From positions 1,408,001 through 1,472,000 of the forward strand of contig CBDCWG010000012.1 of NCBI GenBank assembly GCA_965223345.1: a stretch of 64,000 nt of DNA, read 5' to 3'. This document shows, in pieces, positions 57,301-64,000 of the stretch. A program made the position numbers and the translations under genes. Source of the stretch: Nitrospinales bacterium (lineage in GTDB: Bacteria > Nitrospinota > Nitrospinia > Nitrospinales > VA-1). Under the pieces are notes generated by a model. The model was not told the DNA's origin and did no database searches. It saw nothing but the letters and a program-made list of their open reading frames with translations. Every line of letters begins with the position of its first letter. Within the stretch, counting starts at the first letter, position 1.

Positions 57301-60300
57301 CTATATTTTCACTAGATTTATTTTGGTGTCAGAAAAAGAGGAACTTCCTCCAATCGGGTCGGTGAGGCAAGTTGCCGTGTTGTATCGATCCAACCGCATG
57401 ACGGCATTGGGACAGGTTCCCCGCCCACGGTTGGGATCTCCAGGAATTGTTTTGCCGTCTATGACAACATCTTTCGCTCCATAGGCCCAATGGCCATAAT
57501 GAAAGGAAACAGCGACAACTCCTGGTCGCAGGCCTTCCACCAGCTTTAACGAACTTTCCACAGGCAAATCTCCCGCGTAAGGTTCCAGGGGCCAGATCCC
57601 TTCCGGGTTGGTCGCGGATATCAGTTTGACCCGATCCCCGTCTTTCCAACCTCGTTGTTTCGCATCCTGGCTGTTGATCAGGATTTGATTTTCAGGATCG
57701 ACGGACACATTGCTCCAGGTTTGGGAATTGGTCCTGGAATTCCCTCCGATAATGGATTTATACGTTATCAATGAAAATGGAAATTGATCCACCGGGTCCT
57801 CAACGGGGGTGCCGTCGCTATGCAATGCAGGTTCATATCGCGGCAGACCCTCAAAATATTTTCCAGTGACGCTGTTTTTAGTCACAGCTATGTCTTCCAA
57901 ATAAAGATTGAGGAGCTTGCCAAAGCGATGACTCATGTAATCCCCCTTATAGGCATCATCGAAGGCTTCAAACCGGCCGCCTCGATTGAGGATATAAACC
58001 ACTTTTTTCCACAAATCGGGTTGTACGGCCAACTTCCATTTTTCGACATCGAAAACCGATGCTGGAAGATGCTTGCGGGCCTTCAGGAAAATTTCCATTT
58101 CCTCTGCATCAGTGTCCGGCACAGAGATACCGCGCATGGCGATATTGGCAACCAGCTTTAAATAGAAATCCTCCGGGCGCTTAAGATCCCTTCCGGGCCC
58201 GAATCCATTTGACCCAAATCCCGGCATACCCAGTTTTTCGGAGATGGCCAGCATGATGGCTTCCATGGAAATGGGCATCTTTTCTCCAGCGGCGTCGATC
58301 TCTTCTGGAAAAGGCGGAGCCGCGGGCTGCCGGATTCCGGAAGTTTTCACCGAAGGTTGCGGGTTGTCGAACGGCATTCCCCAGCGTTCGAAGAAAGTGA
58401 GGTCGGGAAAAACATAGTCCGCAAACACGGTGGTTTCACCCAGGACCACGTCATCCACAAAAACCAAGGGGATGATGGAAGGATCCTTCAAAATCCGGAT
58501 GAATTCGCCACCGCCGGGGCTGGCGTAGGCGGGAGTTCCTTTATGGATCCAAAGGCATTTTAACGGGTATGGGTATTTTGCCTCGGCGGACGGAATGATC
58601 TCGTGGTAAACATCCTTGGTGAAAGGATACCATGGCCGTTTGGCGGGATAACCATGTTGGGTGATCAGGGTGGAATCCTCGTAGCGAACCTTTTCACGGG
58701 TGATCGGTACGCCAAACTTGCTAAGACCCCCGGGATTCATTCCTTTTGTCAAATCGTAAGGCTGACCCGGATTTCCACCCATGGACTGCCAATGACCGCC
58801 ACCATCGGACATTCCTCCTTTCCAATCCTGGTTGCCAATCAAAATATTGAGAGAGAGAATAGCTTTCTCGGCGTTATAGCCGTTGGTATGTTGCCCGGCG
58901 CCCCGGTAACGATCGATACCGGCTTTCTTTCCATGCTTGGTGAACTCATCGGCGAGTTGGACAATATCTTCCACCTGAACCCCTGCCAGTTTGGCGTATT
59001 CCTCAAGGGATTTTTCCTCGGCGCTCTCACGCAAAATTGTGAACACGCTTTTAACCGGTATCCCTTTGACCAATTGGTCCACCTGTAAAACCCCATGGTC
59101 CACCGCTTCACTGGATTGCGGTCCCTGCCTGGTCATCACCACGCGGGTACCGGGAGGCAGGCCGATATCTTCCGTAACGAGAAATTTTCTTGTGTCGCTC
59201 CTCACCAGGTGAGTGGCATCGCAAAAAGTAGGTTCCTCATCTTTTTCCGCAGCTGCCTTATTGGCATTTTCAAGATACTTCCGGTCGTAGCGTTCATTTT
59301 CAATCATCCATCGCATCATTCCCAGTGCCAGGGCGATGTCCTGACCGGGTTCGATAGGAACCCATTTCCAGGCCTTTGCCGCGGTGTGGCTGAGGCGCGG
59401 ATCGATGACGGCGATCTTAAGTTGACCTTTTTCCATGGCCTCGGTCACCATGTTGGCGATCGCGGTACACCCGAAGTTGGCCTCGAAGGCCCCGGTACCC
59501 CAGAAAATCACGAACTCGGAATTGAGGAAGTCCGGTTTCAAGAGGACCTTGCCTTTTTTCTTCACAGGGTCCCAGGTGGTCCGCTCCGAGGCGCTCCAGT
59601 GGGAGCGTCCGCAGATAGAGGTGTGATCCATCCAGTTGATCGAACCCAATCCCTCATAGGTCCATCGCTGGGCGAAATCGGCCCGGCCTTTTTGAATGCG
59701 TCCGGCCATGAAGCAGAATTGATTGTTTTTGGGACCGAGGTCGGGATGTTTGGGATCAACGAGAACATCGAGATGTTCGGCATGTTTACTTTGAAATTCT
59801 TCCACCGTCATGTTTCTTTTACGGATGGCTTCGACATCAGCGGCCATGTCCTTTGCAATTTTTGCATCGCGCAGGACAAATATTTCTTTCAATCCCGGAA
59901 CAGGGCCTTCCCCAAAAAGGTCTCCTCCTTCCACAATTTCTTCAATTGCCTGATCGAAGGAGATGGTTTGCCACTGATTGCTCCCCCTGGGTCCGATCCG
60001 CTTGAGGGTGTGTCGAATTCTGTAAGGATCATAATATGTCTGCACTCCCGCCTGTCCCTTGGGGCACAAATGCCCGTCCACTCTTGCGGATTCGGCCGGC
60101 TTGGTTTCGAATGGAATGTTGGGCAGAAACGTTTTCGCGGCATAGGGATTGCCGTCGATTTTTACCAGCACGCCGTCCTGAAACTTGGTCTTCATGGGAC
60201 ATCGAATATGGCAATTCAGGCAAACAGAATAAATGACATTTTCCGGTTGGGCTAAATCATAGGGTTGGAAAGCATCTGGTTGATCCAGCGACAGCAGACC

Positions 60301-60426
60301 GCCCAACTCGCCGACTTTCGAACAGCCGGCCAGAACCGCCCCTCCTGCACCGGCCCAGGCAACCGTTTTCAGGAATTCCCGTCGGTCCATCCTTTTTCCA
60401 TTCTTTTTTATTTTTGAGCTTTTCAT
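57301..60426 (-). CDS. ttrA: Molybdopterin oxidoreductase catalytic subunit, tetrathionate/selenate reductase (TtrA/SrdA) clade
   Basis: Tat RREFLK plus LAGC; CLNCHIRC...LCPKG [4Fe-4S]; IVEGGDLFGEG.V.GL and LGPKNNQ as in TtrA; C-terminal molydop-binding domain. Confidence 0.8.
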   Translation of the reverse strand: MKSSKIKKNGKRMDRREFLKTVAWAGAGGAVLAGCSKVGELGGLLSLDQPDAFQPYDLAQPENVIYSVCLNCHIRCPMKTKFQDGVLVKIDGNPYAAKTFLPNIPFETKPAESARVDGHLCPKGQAGVQTYYDPYRIRHTLKRIGPRGSNQWQTISFDQAIEEIVEGGDLFGEGPVPGLKEIFVLRDAKIAKDMAADVEAIRKRNMTVEEFQSKHAEHLDVLVDPKHPDLGPKNNQFCFMAGRIQKGRADFAQRWTYEGLGSINWMDHTSICGRSHWSASERTTWDPVKKKGKVLLKPDFLNSEFVIFWGTGAFEANFGCTAIANMVTEAMEKGQLKIAVIDPRLSHTAAKAWKWVPIEPGQDIALALGMMRWMIENERYDRKYLENANKAAAEKDEEPTFCDATHLVRSDTRKFLVTEDIGLPPGTRVVMTRQGPQSSEAVDHGVLQVDQLVKGIPVKSVFTILRESAEEKSLEEYAKLAGVQVEDIVQLADEFTKHGKKAGIDRYRGAGQHTNGYNAEKAILSLNILIGNQDWKGGMSDGGGHWQSMGGNPGQPYDLTKGMNPGGLSKFGVPITREKVRYEDSTLITQHGYPAKRPWYPFTKDVYHEIIPSAEAKYPYPLKCLWIHKGTPAYASPGGGEFIRILKDPSIIPLVFVDDVVLGETTVFADYVFPDLTFFERWGMPFDNPQPSVKTSGIRQPAAPPFPEEIDAAGEKMPISMEAIMLAISEKLGMPGFGSNGFGPGRDLKRPEDFYLKLVANIAMRGISVPDTDAEEMEIFLKARKHLPASVFDVEKWKLAVQPDLWKKVVYILNRGGRFEAFDDAYKGDYMSHRFGKLLNLYLEDIAVTKNSVTGKYFEGLPRYEPALHSDGTPVEDPVDQFPFSLITYKSIIGGNSRTNSQTWSNVSVDPENQILINSQDAKQRGWKDGDRVKLISATNPEGIWPLEPYAGDLPVESSLKLVEGLRPGVVAVSFHYGHWAYGAKDVVIDGKTIPGDPNRGRGTCPNAVMRLDRYNTATCLTDPIGGSSSFSDTKINLVKI

Positions 60427-60444
60427 ACGATATTCAACCCCTGA

Positions 60445-61596
60445 TTATTTATTCAAAGACCCATGGAAAACCCTTCTGCCAAAAAAACCGCTTAGAATCA
60501 GGTAGGCTAAAATGAATAGCGCCAACAGGCCCAGGAACACGACTGTTTCAAGCAGGTTTGGCCATGTTCCCGATGCGGCGAGCCGGTTGCCATGATAAAT
60601 GGTTTCCATGCCATTCAACTCAGGAACCACCGACTGCGGGATCAAGACATACATGCGGCTCACAAAAATTCCGCCCAGAGCGGACAATCCCACCCAGCTA
60701 AAATATGCGGGTCGTTGACATCGCTTTCCCAACCATCCCAGTGCAATGGGAAGGAAAATGAACAAGCCGATCTGCCCCAACCAGAACATGAATTTATAAT
60801 CACCGAACAGAATGTGGTTAAAAGAATCGCTTCGGGTCATTTCTTCAAAAATAAAAACCATGTAGAGCACAACTGCGAGGAAGAGATATATATTTAAGTT
60901 CCGTGCGAAATTGGAAAACTTTTCGCTTTGTTTACCAGAGAAGCTGAGAAGAGCGAGTCCCATTGCCAATCCCGAAATGACCGCCAGCAACAGATAGGCG
61001 GGGGATGTCAATTCCTTGCTCCACAAATGCTGGGGGAAATGGTTGGCAAATACATTACCGAGATCCCAACTTACCAGCAGGGCCAAAATGAATCCCGTAA
61101 GTCCGACCCATCGGATCGAATTTCCACTTTTTGCGGTTTCCGGTTTCTGCCATAGGTAGAATCCTGCAGCAATCGAAACCATAAAAATGGGATAAAGCCA
61201 GGCTAACCGGGCCATTCCCGTATTCCAATTGGGGTGCAGATACAAGTTTAAAACTTTAAACGGTTGTCCCAGTTCCAGCCAGATGAAAAGGATTCCCCCT
61301 GCCAGGCTGATCAGAGAAACCAGCAGAGCGGGTCCCATCACATTCTGAAATTCTTTTTTCCCAAATACCGCATACAGGCTGGAGAGCAAGACACAGCCTG
61401 CGGAAACACCAATCAGGAAACTGTAGGCCACCACCCAGATTCCCCAGGGTTCAAACGCCGTTAGGGAAGTGACTTTCAATCCCCCTGACACTCGCCAGAA
61501 TGCTCCGACAATCCCCATGAACGAAAGCAGCGTTAATACTGAATAACTCAACAACCGCAACGGGTTCATTTCATTCATGGCATCCTCATTCTTCAC
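60445..61596 (-). CDS. ttrC: NrfD/PsrC-family membrane anchor subunit (TtrC-like)
   Basis: [26 protein letters not shown], ~9-10 TM helices. Confidence 0.8.
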   Translation of the reverse strand: MKNEDAMNEMNPLRLLSYSVLTLLSFMGIVGAFWRVSGGLKVTSLTAFEPWGIWVVAYSFLIGVSAGCVLLSSLYAVFGKKEFQNVMGPALLVSLISLAGGILFIWLELGQPFKVLNLYLHPNWNTGMARLAWLYPIFMVSIAAGFYLWQKPETAKSGNSIRWVGLTGFILALLVSWDLGNVFANHFPQHLWSKELTSPAYLLLAVISGLAMGLALLSFSGKQSEKFSNFARNLNIYLFLAVVLYMVFIFEEMTRSDSFNHILFGDYKFMFWLGQIGLFIFLPIALGWLGKRCQRPAYFSWVGLSALGGIFVSRMYVLIPQSVVPELNGMETIYHGNRLAASGTWPNLLETVVFLGLLALFILAYLILSGFFGRRVFHGSLNK

Positions 61597-62500
61597 CTAG
61601 GTAATAGACTCTCGGCTCGGTTCCCAACTCTTCTTTTAATCGCATGACGCGGGGATTTTTAATCAGGGCCGATACCAGACTCTTTGGATTCTCCTTGGGG
61701 CCCGGTCCGAAATAAGTAGCGCCTCCGATGCAAGTCGTCACGCAGGAGGGAAGCATTCCTTCTTCGAGTCGATGCGTGCAAAAATGGCACTTACGGACCA
61801 CGCCGATCGGCGGCTGCCCTGGGGTTCTCTCCCAGTGATTGCCGTATTCAGGAGAGGGAGACGTCTCGTAGGGTTGCAGCGTACTCGGACTATTTCCCGC
61901 ATGGGATTCGCCAAAATCGAAGGTTCGGGCACCATAGGGACAGGCCTTGATACAGGCCCGGCACCCGATGCACCGGTTGTAATTGATGGGCACAATGCCA
62001 TCCTCTTGCTTGTAGGTCGCATTTACGGGGCAAACCGGAACACAGGGCGGATTGTTGCATTGCAGGCAGGGGCGAGGAAGAAAATGCCGGGTCACCTGAG
62101 GATAAGTTCCCACTTCCTCTTCGAAAACAGGACGATACACCACACCCGGAGGAAGATGATTTTCCGCCACGCAAGCCACTGTGCAGGCATGACAACCCAC
62201 ACACTTTTTTAAATCGATCACCATGATCCAGTCCCGGTCCTCCTCCGGTTCCCGCATGGCTTCTTGCACTTCTTTTTGCATTCTCAGGAGATTGTGCTTT
62301 TTGAACTCGGGAAGATCGGGAAAGCTCGGTTTAGATCCAGGTTTAGAAGATTTTGCCAAAACCAGGTTGGGCACCCAAAACTTCAAGGTGGAAAGAAACC
62401 CCAATATCCAGGCCCCAAGCTTAAGAAACCCACGTCTTGAGGGAGAAAATAGATTGTTTCTGTTTTTCAACCTGAGAGAATTCAACATCTTGCTTGCCAT
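61586..62500 (-). CDS. ttrB: 4Fe-4S ferredoxin-type subunit (TtrB-like) with a Tat signal
   Basis: [50 protein letters not shown]...CVTTC. Confidence 0.85.
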   Translation of the reverse strand: MASKMLNSLRLKNRNNLFSPSRRGFLKLGAWILGFLSTLKFWVPNLVLAKSSKPGSKPSFPDLPEFKKHNLLRMQKEVQEAMREPEEDRDWIMVIDLKKCVGCHACTVACVAENHLPPGVVYRPVFEEEVGTYPQVTRHFLPRPCLQCNNPPCVPVCPVNATYKQEDGIVPINYNRCIGCRACIKACPYGARTFDFGESHAGNSPSTLQPYETSPSPEYGNHWERTPGQPPIGVVRKCHFCTHRLEEGMLPSCVTTCIGGATYFGPGPKENPKSLVSALIKNPRVMRLKEELGTEPRVYYLGEE

Positions 62501-62847
62501 TCATTAAAATGGTTTAAACCTCAAAGAGGCTCGTCAGAAAAAATTATTGATCTCTATTTTAAGATCCATAAAGTCAATATAAAATTCCCCATTTGTTGGG
62601 TTTGAGTTTTATAAGCAAACATCTTGCAGCGGCCAGGGCAATCTGGAGGGGCCGTTTTTGGCGACAATATTTCGCAAATTGTCTTGGTGTGGGTTGTGGA
62701 GGGAGTGAACGGGGCTGGGGGCCAAAAGGCAAAGATCAGAGTGAAGCTTCCAGCGGCCAACTTATGGCGATCAAATGTCAGCAATCCGCGACGCGATCAT
62801 AAATTTTCCGCATAAAATTCTTCAAATAAGTCTTAATATTAAAAATG

Positions 62848-62894
62848 AATGTCTGCTTCTGGCCGATAGCAGACTTTTATCCCGCATCTGCTTT
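62848..62894. repeat. Palindromic junction site E plus half-site F
   Basis: AATGTCTGCTTC-TGGCCG-ATAGCAGACTTT followed by CGCATCTGCTTT (left arm only). Confidence 0.75.
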
Positions 62895-63066
62895 AAAGAA
62901 GTGAAACGCTTATCTGGAAGTTATCTCAATGGCCGAGTTGGGGAATTAACTGAACTTTAAGGACGTGGGAACAGTGGAATGATGAGAAAAACAACTGATC
63001 GACAATCAGTTGTTGGGATGGCCTATTTTTCTCTGTCAAGGTTTGCTCTGACTTCTAATTTAACCC

Positions 63067-63093
63067 TGGATTCATTTATTGGGGGGCAGGTCA
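63067..63093 (-). mobile_element. IS3-family-like right inverted repeat
   Basis: TGGATTCATTTATTGGGGGGCAGGTCA is the inverted match to the ends at 50467 and 63188. Confidence 0.75.
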
Positions 63094-63187
63094 ATGGAGA
63101 GGTTGAGATTGGGGAGCGGCGAGCGACGAGTCAGGTAAAAATGAAAAAGGAGAGGTGCCCCCATACAAGTTAAAGCTTGTGCGGCTC

Positions 63188-63262
63188 TGACCTGCCCCCC
63201 AATAAACTGGTCCAGTTGTTGGGTTAGGATTTGGACCTGAATCTTGTTTCAGGGGAGGCAGG
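63188..63262 (+). mobile_element. Second IS3-family-like left end without transposase
   Basis: TGACCTGCCCCCCAATAAACTGGTCCA...CTGAATCTTG...GGAGGCAG is a diverged copy of 50467-50540. Confidence 0.7.
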
Positions 63263-63615
63263 CCTTGTTTAGTTTATTCTTACCGAAGCGGTTAATTGAG
63301 CTTGTAGATTTTTTCCCAAATGCGATATGTGTTGACCCATGATATCCCGATGTCAATAAATAAGAACTATTTTTACTCAATACTGCTTTATTAGATGAGT
63401 GGGCAATGCAGTGGTTACGCGCCGATAAAGAACAAGTATTGTATTAAATACAGTTCAGAAGGTAATGGAATTTAATCGATAATAATGACTCCGACTAAGG
63501 GGCAGATTTATTAACCTATAATATCCCTGTAGGTAAATTAAATTTATGAGTAATTGATAAAAGATGCCATTTATTGTAAGCTTCGCGCATCTTGTACAGC
63601 TTTCAAGGTCGGGCT

Positions 63616-64000
63616 ATGAAACCTTTAAGAAAACAAAAAACTCTCTGTACGTTTCTTGTTGCTAGCCTCCTTTGGATTTCGGCGTTGTTTGACGGAATGG
63701 ATGCGCACGCCGGCGAAAGAGTTAAGTGGATTTCGATCAATTCCCGCATAGGTGGTCTAACATCCTTATCTGATCTTGAGGGGTGCCGGGAATGTCATGC
63801 AGAATACATCAAGGGGTTTGAGCGGACCAAGCACGCGCGGGCGTTTCGCGCTGGTTTGGGTAAAGGTAATGGTCTGTACTGCGAGGAATGTCATGGCCCC
63901 CTTGGAAACCACAGAGACGATCCGGTCAAAGAGGCCGGGACTCAGCTTGTGGTTTCATTCAAAAATATTTCTTCTGACACGAAAAATCGAATTTGCATGC
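63616..64000 (+). CDS. Multiheme c-type cytochrome, MtrA/DmsE-like (partial, runs off the window)
   Basis: Not in the ORF track; translates MKPLRKQKTLCTFLVASLLWISA...GCRECH....F..TKH...CEECHGP..NH...NRICM. Confidence 0.75.
   Translation, partial: MKPLRKQKTLCTFLVASLLWISALFDGMDAHAGERVKWISINSRIGGLTSLSDLEGCRECHAEYIKGFERTKHARAFRAGLGKGNGLYCEECHGPLGNHRDDPVKEAGTQLVVSFKNISSDTKNRICM

Larger units (their letters stand above)
50154..64000. mobile_element. Putative genomic island downstream of tRNA-Lys (right end beyond the window)
   Basis: Abrupt drop in GC after the tRNA; IS ends, attC relic, repeated palindromic junction sites and respiratory cargo; no integrase seen. Confidence 0.7.

Noticed and set aside
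50572..62894. CRISPR array or canonical dif site for the ~30-bp repeats
   Set aside because: The repeats are separated by kilobases of genes and there are no cas genes; the arms lack the XerD TTATGTTAAAT consensus.
62554..63173. Short ORFs between ttrB and the IS end
   Set aside because: AT-rich regulatory and junction DNA with no recognisable domains; no transposase similarity evident.
62500..63615. Sigma54 promoters for ttrB or the cytochrome
   Set aside because: The candidate TGGC motifs I checked lack the GG-N10-GC spacing.

Overview
Bacterial chromosomal window. The GC-rich backbone and gene set suggest a Nitrospina/Nitrospinota-like organism; this is an inference, since the window holds no marker gene. 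Positions 1-50 kb are mostly core genome: a tandem array of DUF1566 (Lcl-type lectin-fold) genes, an aminotransferase-serA operon behind a long structured leader, two signalling modules, an outer-membrane barrel gene broken by one in-frame TAG, an antiporter, dGTPase/LOG/Nfu/macro/dut genes, an intergenic region with two 31-bp-spaced pairs of NrdR-like boxes, a Gld-like ABC transporter, four flagellins plus flaG with sigma28 promoters and CsrA-type hairpins, hisA/hisF, rfbC and a peroxiredoxin. After tRNA-Lys(CTT) at 50078-50153 a lower-GC island begins. A 12.6-kb segment of it (50467-63093) lies between inverted IS3-family-like ends, with no transposase. It carries two cargo modules: an MMPL/RND-LolA-like-barrel-DUF2892 operon and a ttrBCA-like molybdoenzyme operon. 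Each module junction has ~30-bp 12-6-12 palindromic sites with alternating TGGCCG / CGACCC spacers (two full pairs, plus a full site and a lone half-site at the third junction). One site truncates the IS orfA and another truncates an integron attC relic. This is the best candidate here for an undescribed cassette-type recombination system. The window ends inside an MtrA/DmsE-like multiheme cytochrome gene.
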